DNA of 64,000 nt, taken from Lingula anatina. Lineage: Eukaryota > Animalia > Brachiopoda. Below, piece after piece: positions 1 to 12,971 of this stretch; the stretch's first letter is position 1, and every line of letters begins with the position of its first letter. Location: contig CM120649.1 of the NCBI GenBank assembly GCA_051362555.1, positions 930,001 to 994,000 on the forward strand. The letters are read 5' to 3'. The position numbers and the translations under genes were made by a program. The notes beneath the pieces were generated by a model. That model had not been told where the DNA came from and searched no databases. It saw only the letters and a program-made list of their open reading frames with translations.

Positions 1-1065
1 TGCGATTGTGGAGGCACTCCGGGTTATTCTAACTGCCCCCATTATAAGGCAAGATGTTCAACATGTTACTCATACATTTATCCAGCAATATATCATTTGC
101 AGGTTTCCTCGTCTGCCTCAACACTACCACTGATAAGCCAAAGCATAAATGTTAGATCTCAACGTCATCTCAAACATCAAAATATAATTTCTTAAGCTTC
201 AATATAACATTAAGTTGAAAGGACCGTGCTTGTCTCTCTTAGTCTGTACATTTATCTGTATCCAACTGAGCGTGGTTTGATTTAAATCTATTTTATAAAC
301 CCTTACACTAGGTCAGACTTATCAATATAAACAACTCAATTCAGATAACAGCGATAAAATATGTCACCACGTCTGTATTGCACATAGAGATAGCGCTATT
401 TTGCTGATTAAGATGACTTTGAAGTCTCCATGAACACTGAACGTCTCACCTGACAAGGTGTACATGTCACGAGAGACAGCACATCTAAATGACGACTGAA
501 GGCGAGTACCTGCAAACCAGAGAACTATAACTGGAGAAAAGAGAGGTAATTAGAATTCTGAAGACATTGGTAGTTATTACAGTCTGTGTCTGCGCCTGTG
601 TAAGGTGGTGAAAAAATAATGGTTGTTACCCAGTTGGAATTTTATGATTTTTGTTGCTGATGGTTATCCTCTACGTGAAATGTTAACTGTTGTGAATAAT
701 ATTATTTTCATTTATTTCACATGATTTCCTTTTTTTGTTCGTGCTTTATTCCGTTCTGTATGTCCTGCTATCAGCCAAAATTTATTCATCTCTTTTTGCT
801 GTGGGTAAATCTTATTGCAACTGCTCTCATCTTAGTGGTGTAAAGTACTGTAATATACATTATATACATAGGCTTAAGGGTCCTCCATGCGTCTTTCGTA
901 GGCCAGATATTGTTTTATTTCATCAAAACATTTCGTCTCATAAATATCTCCATATTTACATGCATTTAGATATAGCTTAATGGTGTGTTTACTTCCATCA
1001 CTAAATCTATATCATTAAACCCATGTCCCTCATTCCTCTATTTTAGGATATTGGTCCGAGGAGAA

Positions 1066-2964
1066 ATGTCTCTGTCCAAGATCCTAACGGAAGATTTCCT
1101 AACGTGCAGCATATGCCTTGAAAAGTTTAAAGTCCCCAAGGCCCTTGGCTGTTTACATACGTTTTGCCAGCATTGCCTCCAAGACCTTTTGGAAAGAAAT
1201 TTCCAAGGTCAGCCTCGATTCCCTTGTCCTATCTGTAGACGTCAGTGTGACCTCCCTGGGGGCGGTGTTAGCAGTTTACAAACAAACCATCTTGTGATCA
1301 GCATATCACACGCACTTGCTCAAGTAGAACAAGCCAAAGCTACCAAGAAATGCGAGGTATGTTGTCTGAAGAATATACGCCTTCCACCAACGGCAACAAA
1401 ACGTTGTTTGAACTGTGAGGAAAGTATGTGTGGTGATTGTTCTTCGGAGCATGTACTTCATAAGTTAAATCGTGACCACAAACTATTTCCTGTCGACCAG
1501 TTAGGAAGCGACGAGTACGTAACAGAGCTGCGTGCCCGACAGAGCGTCCCTTGTGACCACAACAGCAAGGACCACGTAGAAATCTTCTGCCCAGTGTGTA
1601 AAAAGTGCATCTGCGCCACTTGTAGTTTTTTGGAACACAAGGATCATGATTGCCTTAGAATCAAAGCTGCTGCAGACAAACGCAAGGAAAAACTAGAACT
1701 CCTCGTTAGGCCCATTGAGAAGAAAAGTCTACTCTACGATCAGTTCAAGACCGCTGCTGAACACCAGAAGAGGTCGGTAGAAGAAGGAAGAAAGAAGGCA
1801 AAGAGTCAAGTAAACAACCATTTGGAGCTACTTATTAAGATGGCCAGTCAACGTGCCGAGGACCTTCTAGAAGAAATAGATGCCAAGTCGAATGCCAAAC
1901 TAGAGGTTTTAAATGTTTTAATTGCAACTGCTACCGCTGAGCAAAATCAACTGGACGACGTTGTAGAATTCTCGAGAAAGCTCATTAACCATGGGAACGA
2001 CATGGATGTCCTGCAAATGGCCTCCGCCTGTGAGCAAAGCAGCGAGATCATTCACGCCCTCAAAATTCCAACCCTGCACGCAGCCATGACCCAACTACAG
2101 CTTATCACCAACGACATGGAGGAGTGCGTTACCAATATCAACCGTTGCCTTGGAGACGTGGTTCAAGCTGTAAGTGGAAGATTGTTGACATCATTCAAAG
2201 TAGATTTGGCCAAGACTCATAAGGACTTTATCAGCGACGTGACCACTGATACAAATGGTGACATCCTTATTGGTATTTGGTGTAATGAGGACTTTTCAAG
2301 GAATAGAATCCACATCTACGACACCACCTTTGTACTACAGGGCAGTGTTCCAAACCCACGAGCAGCAGAAAAAGGCGCCTTTGGTGGTATTGCCATTGAT
2401 GCTTACGGTAACATCGTCACTAGATGTCAGGGGTCGAATGAAATCATTGTCTACACCAAGACAGGGGACCAGGTGAGAACATTCCACAGTGAGTCACCAC
2501 ATGCAGTAGCGGTCAACAGCAAGGGTCACTATGTATTGGCCGGTCGTAATACTCTGACTGTGCACCATAAGGATGCCAAGGTCCTGCAGACGAAACAAGA
2601 TCCAGAAGGTAAATATTCCAAATGCATCCACTGCAACATGAATGACGATATCATCGTCACAGGAGATGATCACATCCGTGTATACGATTCCACTCTCCAG
2701 CTTAAATTCAGATATGGTTCCCAGGGTGATGGGGACGGACAGGTGAACATTCCGCGTGGTACATGCTGCTTGGATAATGGAGACATAATCCTAACGGACT
2801 TCAACAACCATCGTCTACACCTGGTGTCACCAGATGGGAAATTCAAGTATTTTCTTTTAGGCGAAGACAATGGACTATGCTATCCAACAGATGTTACTAT
2901 AAAACATGTAGGAAAACTGGTCGTTGGGGAGAGTGGAGGCAATATTAAATTTTTTGAATTATAA
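1066..2964 (+). CDS. TRIM-NHL protein copy 1 (TRIM2/TRIM3/TRIM56-like RING E3 ligase; RING, B-box1, B-box2, coiled coil, NHL beta-propeller), 632 aa, single coding exon
   Basis: C3HC4 RING CSICLEKF..GCLHTFCQHCL..CPICR; B-boxes CEVC..CLNCEESMCGDC..H..H and CDH..FCPVCKKCICATC..EHKDH; heptad-rich segment; NHL motifs such as PRGTCCLDNGDIILTDFNNHRLHLV. The true start is the ATG at 1066, after a pyrimidine tract/AG acceptor ending at 1046; the ORF-track GTG start at 985 is intronic. Confidence 0.93.
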   Translation: MSLSKILTEDFLTCSICLEKFKVPKALGCLHTFCQHCLQDLLERNFQGQPRFPCPICRRQCDLPGGGVSSLQTNHLVISISHALAQVEQAKATKKCEVCCLKNIRLPPTATKRCLNCEESMCGDCSSEHVLHKLNRDHKLFPVDQLGSDEYVTELRARQSVPCDHNSKDHVEIFCPVCKKCICATCSFLEHKDHDCLRIKAAADKRKEKLELLVRPIEKKSLLYDQFKTAAEHQKRSVEEGRKKAKSQVNNHLELLIKMASQRAEDLLEEIDAKSNAKLEVLNVLIATATAEQNQLDDVVEFSRKLINHGNDMDVLQMASACEQSSEIIHALKIPTLHAAMTQLQLITNDMEECVTNINRCLGDVVQAVSGRLLTSFKVDLAKTHKDFISDVTTDTNGDILIGIWCNEDFSRNRIHIYDTTFVLQGSVPNPRAAEKGAFGGIAIDAYGNIVTRCQGSNEIIVYTKTGDQVRTFHSESPHAVAVNSKGHYVLAGRNTLTVHHKDAKVLQTKQDPEGKYSKCIHCNMNDDIIVTGDDHIRVYDSTLQLKFRYGSQGDGDGQVNIPRGTCCLDNGDIILTDFNNHRLHLVSPDGKFKYFLLGEDNGLCYPTDVTIKHVGKLVVGESGGNIKFFEL

Positions 2965-3647
2965 GTGATGGATAAGTTAACAAAGGACACTAAAAAGATC
3001 ATTGAAATACAGACAGTACCCCAGTATACATTGTATCGGCCCAGTTTTCACGGATCTTGCCTTCGATGAACCGCTGGTGAACCGGTACAGTAAAACAGGC
3101 CGAAATTCACTTATTAATCTAAATTTTTAATTTTTAACCTTTTGCAATGGGTAATACACATTAATAGCCTCAGGTAACAAATACTAGTGGAAGTTTGTCT
3201 TTCGATCAGATGAGACAAAAGAAATTTAGTCTCAATTGGCTCACGACCTACTATAGCAAGTACAGCCAGCAGCAAGGACATCCAACAATTAATATTGTTC
3301 TAGAAAAAATTATAACATCAGCATAGCAAAAAGGGTGAATTATACTGCCTCCTTTATAAAAACCACCGATGAGGGAACTCACTGTAAAGTAACAACTTGT
3401 GGTACGCTGATTTTGTGTGTCCAAAATCGATATATGTTGCTTGAAGTATGCTTACTTAGAAAAAAATAGCTTTCAATAATACTCTATGTTAATGTTTCAA
3501 AAGACCAGTACTTTTTTAATAAAATGCTGCTCATGAACTTCATATGTTAATGTTTATTCAGTTTTATGATAATCACTGGATATAATGACTTCGTTCCTGG
3601 AAGGGCAAAGAATAAAAAGCGGTATTCAGGTATTGTGTAATGTCGTT

Positions 3648-3770
3648 TACGAATACCTACTATTTGCGTGTCTCGTCTGTTACGTCACCGAACGCGATGT
3701 CTCCGTGTGTAGAAACTTGATCACGTGTCGTTAACGCCCGCCATCCCTCCCATAGTATGTAACAGATTGG
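3648..3770. repeat. Short interspersed repeat fragment, second copy at ~14052-14195
   Basis: tacgaatacctac...tgtctc...gtcacc...gtagaaac...cccgcca...agtatgtaacaga occurs at non-equivalent positions of units 1 and 3. Confidence 0.6.
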
Positions 3771-5255
3771 GAATGCACCTGTAACATGAACATTTGTCTC
3801 CTCCCATGAAATCTTGATTCCCTTTTTTTCAGCTTTTGAAAAAAATATTGGGGAGAACAACAGCAAGTGTTTTGTTTGGCTTGCTATATATGAATAATTC
3901 ATTAAAAAGGCCAAGGCTGCTGATTTCTTGAGCTAAAAATGTAATATGTAGCATTTGTACATGGGAGATCAAATCCTTCAGGTAGTAAGATGAACAATTG
4001 TCTTAAAACATAACAATTTTCATCAAAATTTTCAGCACAAATTTTCAAATACCAAGAAAATATACGTCACAATGCAATCTATGTGGAAAATAATGGCATG
4101 GTGACTAAATATAAAATAGGGCCTTTTCCTCATGGGAGTCCAAATTCTATGGGTGTGAAAATGAAGAATTTTGTTGATTTCTTTTTTTTCGTTTTTTCAC
4201 CCAATATTTTACCATAAAACTTCCAAATATACCCAATATATTGTTTTAAATAATAGCGTATGAAATCGTTTCAAAAGACCAGTTTATTTTAAAAAATAAA
4301 ATCCTGTTTATGAGTTTCAAATATATATTTATACAGTTATGTAATAATCACCGGGTATAATGACTTAGTTTCTCGAAAAGCAAGAATAAAAAGTGGCATA
4401 TACCCGGTAAGATCGAGTCATGGGAATGGGAAATTAGAAAATGAAAATAACCATTGGGACACTCTGTGATATTAGAGAGGCTTCTCATATAACCTGTTGA
4501 AAAAGTTAAGGCGGTCAGCCATTTTTACAGATTATATACTTTCCACCTCTGTAGTTATTGACGTAGGTACAAACGTACCTTGGCAAAACTATATCCGTAA
4601 TAATTGTGACAACAAGGATAACAACTATCCATTTTTTATCCCAAAGAAAGGATTTTTGTAGAGTAGACGACAATTCCCCATACTCATCAATGGTTAATTA
4701 ATCTGCTCAGACATCCAAAGTTGGTCCATTTTTTATTATTTATTTATTTATGTTTAAGTTGCTTTTCTTTATAATCTCTCAATAAATCGTAACAGAGGTG
4801 AACGATCCATGGAGGTGACAATGACAAGGACAGATTCCAAAATAATTGCGATAACTGCCGTTTTGGTGGTAAAAGATAATTTATTATTATTCTATGAGTT
4901 GTTTACAGTGTATGTATTGTGAAATATGAATCTCATACGAACAGTTGTTATCCCTTTAATGCTAATGTAGATCAAGACTGTCTTCAACTAACATCTGGAA
5001 GCTGGTCAAGGATATTTCAAGAGCAATGGGGTATGTTGACAGTCTCCATTTGGAGATGATACGTAACATTTTTGCTGAAGCGTCTTTTTTTACCTCAATC
5101 AAGAACGAGTTACCGTGTATGGCACGATCACCTGTAGACTAAGATACATGTATAATGCGGTAGGAGAGACACAACACAGTGTGGGGCAGATTGTGGTTGT
5201 TGAGACTCAATTGTTGAGGCACTGCAAGTTCCTTTACTGTTCCCACAGAAAACTA

Positions 5256-5502
5256 AGAGACCATTTCAAGACCCTATCATACTAACTTTGGATCTCCAAG
5301 GGGATTCTAGCTTAATTGGAATTAACTTAAGTGGCTTAAATGTCTGCCACGCCTACTGAAGCTGATAGGGTGTAATTACCAGTAGCTATCGTTTAGCAGC
5401 TTTAGTAGGCGTCCCAGACATATAGACCACTTAAGCTGAAAGCAATTTAGTGAGAAACCCCGTGGAGATGGATCGATCCTGTTAGGGGTGGGAACCCAGT
5501 CT
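5256..5502. mobile_element. Palindromic (fold-back) non-autonomous element inserted in TRIM unit 2
   Basis: Absent at the equivalent sites of units 1 and 3; internal inverted repeat tgtctg.cacgcctactgaagctg / cagctttagtaggcgtcccagaca; related copies at 14449, 25517, 49753 and 49980. Confidence 0.8.
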
Positions 5503-6462
5503 AATGTGTTCAGAATATTACTCAAACATTTATCCAGCAATGTGTTCATATCCAGGTTTCTCTGTCTGCCTTAACTCTACCACTGGCAAGTCAAAGTATT
5601 AATGTTAAATCTCTACGTCATCTCAAACATCAAAATATAATTTCTTAAGCTTCAATTTAATATAAAGCTGAAAGGACCGTGCTTGTCTCTGTTAGTCTGT
5701 ACATTTATCTGTATCCAACCGCTCTATTAAGGTATTTTATAAACCCTTACACTAGATCAGTTTTATCAATGTACACAACTCAATTCAGATAACAGCAGTA
5801 AAATATGTCACCACGTCTGTGTCGTAGGCTACATAGAGAAAGCGCTACATTCCTGATAAAGATGACTTTGAAGTCTCCTTGAACACTGAACGTCTCACCT
5901 GACCAGGTGTACATGTCACGAGAGAAAGCACTTCTAAATGACGACTGGAGACGTGTAGCTGCCACCAAGAGAAATATAAGTGGACACAAGAGAAGTAATT
6001 AGAACTCTGAAAACATATTTGTTTGGTAGTTATTACAGTCAGTGTCTGCGTAAGGTGGTGAAAACATAATGGTTGTTACACAGTTGGAATTATATGATAT
6101 TTTTTGCTTGAATATTATGGCATCTTCTAGGTAAAATGTCAACTGTTGTGAATATTATTATTTTTATTCGCAATTAATTTCAAATTATATAGCTTTGTGT
6201 TCGTGCTATTATCCATTCCATTTGTCCTGCTATCAGCCAATGGTGTAAAGTATTGTAATATACACCAAATAAATAGGCTTAAGGGGTCCCACACACCCTT
6301 ATTATGTGACAGATATTGTTTTATTTCATCTAAACATTTCGTCCCATACATAACTCTGCATGTACATGTATTTTAATATAGCTTAATGGTTTGTTTACCA
6401 AATCTATATCATTAAACCCATAACCCTCATTTCTCTTCTTTAAGGTATTGGTGCTAGGAACA

Positions 6463-8367
6463 ATGTCTTTGTCCAAAATCTTAACGGAAGATTTCCTAAC
6501 ATGCAGCATATGCCATGAAAAGTTCAAAGAGCCAAAGGTTCTCGGGTGTTCACATACGTTTTGCCAGCTTTGCCTCCAAGACCATTTGGACAGAAATTTC
6601 CAAGGTCAGAGTGGCTTCACTTGTCCTTTCTGTAGACGTCAGTGTGACCTCCCTGGGGGCGGTGTAAGCGGTTTACAAACAAATCATCTTCTGGTCAGCA
6701 TATTACACACAATTGATCAAGTAGAAAAAGCCAAAGCTACCAAGAAATGCAAGTTATGTTGTCTAAAAAATGTCCCCAATCCACCCACGGCAACAAAGCG
6801 TTGTTTGAACTGTGAGGAAAGTATGTGTGGTGATTGTTCTTCAGACCATGTTCTTCATAAGTTAAACCGTGACCACAAACTGGTTCCTGTCGACCAGTTA
6901 GGAAGCGACAAATACGTGACAGAGCTGCATGCCAGACAGAACGTCTTCTGTGACCACAATAACAAGGATCCAGTTGAAATCTTCTGTCCAGTGTGTAAAA
7001 AGTACATCTGCGCTACGTGTATGTGTTTGGAACACAAGAATCATGATTGCCTAAGAATCAAAAATGCTGCTGACAAACGCAAGGAAAAACTAGAACTCCT
7101 CGTTAGACACACTGAGAAGAAACGCCCACTCTACGGTCATTTCAAGACCGCTGCTGAAGACCAGAAAACGTCAGTCGAAGAAGGAAGGAAGAAGGCAAAG
7201 AGTCAAGTTAACAAGCAGTTGGAGGTAGTCATTAAGATAGCCCATCAACGTGCCGAGGATCTTCTAGGAGAAATAGATGCAAAGTCGAATGCAAAACTAG
7301 AGGTTTTAAACGCTTTAATTGCAAATGCTACCGCTGAGCAAAATCAACTGGACGACGTTGTAGACTTCTCGAGAAAGCTCATAAACCATGGGAACGACAT
7401 GGATGTCCTGCAAATGGCCTCCGCCTGTGAGCAAATCAGCGAGAGCATTCACGCCATCAAAATTCCAACCCTGCCCGCAGCCATGACCCAACTACAGCTT
7501 ATCACCAACGACATGGAGGAGTGCGTTACCAATATCAACCGTTGCCTTGGAGACGTGGTTCCAGCTGTAAGTGGAAGATTAGTGACAACATTCAAAGTAG
7601 AACTGACCAAGTCTCCTGAAGAGATGATCACTCACGTGAACACTGATACAAATGGTGACATCCTTATTGGTATTTGGTGTGATGAGGACTTTTCACGGAA
7701 TAGAATCCTCATCTACGATAACACCTTTGTCCTACAGGGCACAATTCCAAACCCAAAAACAGCAGAAAATGAGGCGTTTTCTGGGATTGCCTTTGATGCT
7801 GACGGTAACATCGTCACTAAATGCCAGGGGTCAAATGAAATCATTATCTTCACCAAGACAGGGGGCAACGTGAGAACATTCCACAGTGAGTCACCAGAAG
7901 CAGTGGCGGTCAACAGCAAAGGTCACTATGTGGTGGCCGGTCATAATACTCTGACTGTGCACCACAAGGATGGCAAGGTCCTGCAGACGACACCAGATCC
8001 AGGGGGTAAATGTGTCAAGCACATCCACTGTAACGTGAATGATGACGTCATCGTCACAGATCCAGGAAATGATCACATCCGTGTATACGATCCAACTCTC
8101 CAGTTTAAATACAGATATGGTACCCAGGGCGATGGTGACGCACAGGTGGACGGTCCACTCGGCACATGCTCCTTGGATAATGGAGACATAATTCTGACAG
8201 ACTTCATCAACCATCGTCTACACCTGGTGTCACCAGATGGGAAATTCAAGCAGTTTATTTTAAGCAAAGACAATGGACTTTTCAATCCGAGAGATGTTAC
8301 TATAAACCATCTTGGCAAACTGGTCGTTGCTGAAGAGGGAGGCCAGATTAACTTTTTTGAATTGTGA
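6463..8367 (+). CDS. TRIM-NHL protein copy 2, 634 aa
   Basis: Colinear paralogue of copy 1 with all RING/B-box ligands; ATG at 6463 after acceptor ttctcttctttaag (ends 6444); ends FFEL-stop. Confidence 0.93.
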   Translation: MSLSKILTEDFLTCSICHEKFKEPKVLGCSHTFCQLCLQDHLDRNFQGQSGFTCPFCRRQCDLPGGGVSGLQTNHLLVSILHTIDQVEKAKATKKCKLCCLKNVPNPPTATKRCLNCEESMCGDCSSDHVLHKLNRDHKLVPVDQLGSDKYVTELHARQNVFCDHNNKDPVEIFCPVCKKYICATCMCLEHKNHDCLRIKNAADKRKEKLELLVRHTEKKRPLYGHFKTAAEDQKTSVEEGRKKAKSQVNKQLEVVIKIAHQRAEDLLGEIDAKSNAKLEVLNALIANATAEQNQLDDVVDFSRKLINHGNDMDVLQMASACEQISESIHAIKIPTLPAAMTQLQLITNDMEECVTNINRCLGDVVPAVSGRLVTTFKVELTKSPEEMITHVNTDTNGDILIGIWCDEDFSRNRILIYDNTFVLQGTIPNPKTAENEAFSGIAFDADGNIVTKCQGSNEIIIFTKTGGNVRTFHSESPEAVAVNSKGHYVVAGHNTLTVHHKDGKVLQTTPDPGGKCVKHIHCNVNDDVIVTDPGNDHIRVYDPTLQFKYRYGTQGDGDAQVDGPLGTCSLDNGDIILTDFINHRLHLVSPDGKFKQFILSKDNGLFNPRDVTINHLGKLVVAEEGGQINFFEL

Positions 8368-11066
8368 CTGATTGCTTAGCTAAAAATGAACTCTGAAGAG
8401 ATTTTGTACAGCCAAAAGTGCCAATTATGCTGCGTTCTTCACAATAATGACAAACGAGGTAACTGATTGTAGTAGCAACTTGTGGTACGCTGTTTACCAT
8501 ACGGTTTGTGTGTCCAATAACGATATATATGTTGTTTGAAGTGTGCTTAATTAAAAAATAGGTTTAATAATACCACATGAAAATGTTTCAAAAGACCAGT
8601 ACATTTTAAAAATAAAATGCTGCTTATGAATTTCAAATATTTAAATTTTTCAGTTATATAATAATCACTGGGTATTACTTCGTTTCTTATAAGTCAAGAA
8701 ATCATATATATATGAAGAATTCAATAAAAAGACCAACACCGCTGATTTCTTGACTTATAGGCCTTAATAAAATAAGTAGCATTTTTGGCATGGGAGTCCA
8801 AATCCTAGAGGTAGTTACCGGTAGATGAATGGTTGTCATGAAAATAATCAATTTAACCAAAATTGTCACCAAACTTTCAAACACGAACAAAATTTACGTT
8901 ACCATGCAAGCAATGTGGAAAATAATGGCATGGTGACTAAATATAAAACAGAGCCTTTTGTTCATGGAAGTCCAAATCCTATGGGTGTGAAATGAAGATT
9001 TTGTAATTTTTTTTTCATTTTTTTCTTCCAGTATTTTACCATGAAACTTTCAAATATTTCCAATATAATTTTTAATACTGCCGTATAAAATTTTTTCAAA
9101 AGGCCAGTTTATTTTTAAAATGAAATCCTGCTTATGCATTTCAAATATATATTAATTCAGTTATATAATAATCACTGGGTATAGTGACTTTGTTTGTCGA
9201 AAAAGCAACAATAAGAATGGGAAATTAGAACACGAAATACCCAATGGTGCGCTCTCTGAAATCACAGGGGCCTCTCATGTAATATAGCCAGCTGCAAAAT
9301 TAAAGAGGGCCAATCATTTTTACAGACTATATACTTGACACCTCTTTAGTTACTGAGGTACATGTAGGTGCACACGTCCCGCGGCCAAACTACATGTAAA
9401 TCCGTGATAATTTAAACAACAGGGATACTAACAGTCCAATTTCCCCCCCCCCCCCTCCAAAAAAATAGAGATTTTCGAAGAGTAGACAATTCCATAAACT
9501 AATCAATAGTTAATGAATCTGCCCAGATATCCAAAGTTAAGCCATTTTATTTATTTATCATTATTATTCTTATTATTTTAATTTGTTTTTTTCTTATAGT
9601 CCTAAAATAAATTATTACAGGGACTAATCATCCATGGAGGTCACGATGACAAGCACAGGTTCTAAAATAATTGCCATAACCGCCGTTTTGGTATTATTTT
9701 TCTGTAAGCTGTTTACAGTGTATGTATTGTGAAATATGAATGTCATACGAAGAGTTGTTATCCTAATTGACATTCTTCGACCGACCTCTTCGACCGACCT
9801 CTGGAAAACGGTCAAGAATATTTGAAGAACACTGGGATGTGGACACTCTCTGAATTCTCGTTATCTAACACAAAGCATTACATTTTGGCTTAAATGCCAT
9901 TTTATCTCAATCAAGAACAGAACGAGTTTTCGTGTACAGAACGATCACCTGTAGTCCAAGACAAATGTGTAATATGGTGAGACAGAAAACTGCACGATTG
10001 CGGTTGTTGAGACTTGATTGCGATACTTGAGGCACTTCAATTTTTTTTTTTTTTTTACTGTTCCCATTATAACCCGAAATTTCATATTAAAATCAACATA
10101 TTACTCATACATTTATCCAGCAATGCGTTCATTTGCAGTCTGTTATTTGCCCCAACTCTGCCACTGATAATAGTAAGTATTAATGTTAAATCTCAACGTC
10201 ATCTCAAACATCAAAATATAATTTCTAACGCTTCAATGTTATATAATTTGACAGGGCCGTGCTTGTGTCTGTTAGTCTGTACATGTATCTCTATCCAACC
10301 GCTGTATTAAATCTATTTTATAAACCCTTTCACTAGTTCAGATTTATCAGTGTACACAACTCAATTCAGATAACAGCGATAAAATATGTCACCACGTCTG
10401 TATTGCACATAGAGATAGCGCTATTTTGCTGATTAAGATGACTTTGAAGTCACCATGAACATTGAACGTCTCACCTGACCAGGTGTACATGTCCCGAGAG
10501 ACAGCACATCTAAATAACGACTGGAGGCGTGTACCTGCCAACAAGAGAAATATAACTGGAGAAAAGAGAGGTAGTTAGAATTGTGAACACATATTGGGTG
10601 GGTAGTTATTACAGTCTGTATCTGCGTAAGACGGTGAAAACATAATGGTTGTTACACAGTCAGGATTTTATGATTTTTTTTGCTTGAGGACTAGGGTATC
10701 TTCTTCGTAAAATGTCAACTGTTGTGAATAATATTATTTTCTATTTATTTCAAATGATACCTTTTTGTGTTCTTGCTATATTCCGTTCCGTATGCCCCGC
10801 TATCAGCCAAAATTTATTCATCTCTCTCTGGATGGGGTAAATCCTAGTGGTGTAAAGTATTGTAATACACCGGTACACTCTTACGGGTTCTCCGCACGTC
10901 TTTCGTAGGTCAAATATTGTTTTATTTAATCTAAACATTTAATCCCATATATATATACATATTTACATGCTTTTAGCTTAATGGTGTGTTTACCTCCATC
11001 ACCAAATCTTTATCATTAAACCCATGCCCCTCATTTCTCTATTTTAGGATATTGGTCCTAGGAAAA

Positions 11067-12971
11067 ATGTCTCTGTCCAAGATCCTAACGGAAGATTTCC
11101 TAACGTGCAGCATATGTCTTGAAAAGTTTAAACTCCCTAAAGCCCTTGGCTGTTCACATACCTTTTGCCAGCATTGCCTCCAAGACCATTTGGACAGAAA
11201 TTTCCAAGGTCAGCCTGGCTTCCCTTGTCCTATCTGTAGACGTCAGTGTGACCTCCCTGGGGGCGGTGTTAGCAGTTTGCAAACAAATCATCTTGTGGTC
11301 AGCATATCACATACACTTGCTCAAGTAGAAAAAGCCAAAGCTGCCAAGAAATGCGAGGTATGTTGTCTGAAAAGATTCGTCAATCCATCAACGGCAACAA
11401 AACATTGTTTGAACTGTGAGGAAAATATGTGTGGGGATTGTTCTTCAGACCATGTTCTTCATAAGTTAAACCGTGACCACAAACTCTTTCCTGTGGATCA
11501 GTTAGACAGTGTCGAATACGTAACAGAGCTCCATGCCCGACAGAACGTCCTCTGTGACCACAACAACAAGGAACCCGTAGAAATCTACTGTCCAGTGTGT
11601 AAAAAGTACATCTGCGCTACGTGTATGTTTTTGGAACACAAGGATCATGATTGCCTTAGAATCAAAACTGCTGCCAACAAACGCAAGGAAAAACAGGCAC
11701 TACTCGTTAGGCCCATTGAGAAGAAAAGTCTACTTTACAATCAGTTCAAGACCGCCTCTGAAGACCAGAAAAAGTCGGTTGAAGAAGGAAGAAAGAAGGC
11801 AAAGAGTCAGGTTAACAACCAGATGGAGCTACTTATTAAGATGGTCCGCCAACATGCCGAGAGCCTTCTGGAAGAAATAGATGCCAAGTCGAATGCAAAA
11901 CTAGAGGCTTTAAATGCTTTAATTGCAACTGCTACAGCTGAGCAAAATCAACTGGACGACGTTGCAGACTTCTCAAGAAAACTCATAAGCCATGGGAACG
12001 ACATGGATGTCCTGCAAATGGCCTCTGCCTGTGAGCAAAGCAGCGAGAGCGTCCAGAATCTCGACATCCCGACCCTGACCGCAGCCATGACCCAGCTACA
12101 GCTTATCACCAACGACATGGAGCAGTGCGTTTCCAATATCAACCGTTGCCTTGGAGACGTGGTTCCAGCTGTAAGTGGAAGATTGGTTACAACATTCAAA
12201 GTAGATTTGGCCAAGACTCCCCAGGAGATGATCACTCACGTGACCACTGATACAAATGGTGACATCCTTATTGGTATTTGGTGTAAAGAGGACAATTCAC
12301 GGAACAGAATCCACATCTACGATACCACCTTTGTCCTACAAGGCACAATTCCAAACCCACGAGCAGCAGAAAAGGGCGCCTTTGGAGGGATTGCCATTGA
12401 TGATGACGGTAACATCGTCACTACATGTCAGGAGTCAAATGAAATCATTGTCTACACCAAGACAGGGGACCACGTGAGAACATTCCACAGTGAGTTACCT
12501 CAGGCAGTAGCGGTCAACAGCAAGGGTCACTATGTAGTGGCCGGTCGCAATACTCTGACTGTGCACCACAAGGATGGCAAGGTCCTGCAGATGACACCAG
12601 ACCCAGCGCGTAAATATTTCAAACACATCCACTGTAACGTGAATGACGACCTCATAGTCTCAGATCCAGGAGATGATCACATCCGTGTATATGATTCCAC
12701 TCTCCAGTTTAAATACAGATATGGTACCAAGGGTGATGGGGACGGACAGGTGAACCTTCCACGTGGCATCTGCGGCTTGGATAATGGAGACGTAATTCTA
12801 GCAGACCTCAACAACCATCGGATGCACCTGGTGTCACCAGATGGGAAATTCAAGCAGTTTCTTTTAAGCAAAGACAATGGACTACGCTATCCGAGAGATG
12901 TTACAATAAGCCATCTCGGAAAACTAGTCGTTGGGGAAAGTGATGGCGAGATTAAATTTTTTGAATTATGA
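11067..12971 (+). CDS. TRIM-NHL protein copy 3, 634 aa
   Basis: Colinear paralogue; ATG at 11067 after acceptor ttctctattttag; intact RING, B-boxes, coiled coil and NHL. Confidence 0.93.
   Translation: MSLSKILTEDFLTCSICLEKFKLPKALGCSHTFCQHCLQDHLDRNFQGQPGFPCPICRRQCDLPGGGVSSLQTNHLVVSISHTLAQVEKAKAAKKCEVCCLKRFVNPSTATKHCLNCEENMCGDCSSDHVLHKLNRDHKLFPVDQLDSVEYVTELHARQNVLCDHNNKEPVEIYCPVCKKYICATCMFLEHKDHDCLRIKTAANKRKEKQALLVRPIEKKSLLYNQFKTASEDQKKSVEEGRKKAKSQVNNQMELLIKMVRQHAESLLEEIDAKSNAKLEALNALIATATAEQNQLDDVADFSRKLISHGNDMDVLQMASACEQSSESVQNLDIPTLTAAMTQLQLITNDMEQCVSNINRCLGDVVPAVSGRLVTTFKVDLAKTPQEMITHVTTDTNGDILIGIWCKEDNSRNRIHIYDTTFVLQGTIPNPRAAEKGAFGGIAIDDDGNIVTTCQESNEIIVYTKTGDHVRTFHSELPQAVAVNSKGHYVVAGRNTLTVHHKDGKVLQMTPDPARKYFKHIHCNVNDDLIVSDPGDDHIRVYDSTLQFKYRYGTKGDGDGQVNLPRGICGLDNGDVILADLNNHRMHLVSPDGKFKQFLLSKDNGLRYPRDVTISHLGKLVVGESDGEIKFFEL

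Noticed and set aside
985-1065. N-terminal extensions of the TRIM ORFs from GTG/TTG starts (also 6448, 10986)
   Set aside because: Eukaryotic locus; at 985 and 10986 the extension runs through a polypyrimidine-AG acceptor, and it is not conserved in copy 2. The conserved ATG of MSLSK is the start.
4810-5150. Possible decayed membrane-protein exon (MEVTMTRTDSKIIAITAVLV...) repeated at ~9634
   Set aside because: Stops and frameshifts in both copies and no recognisable family.
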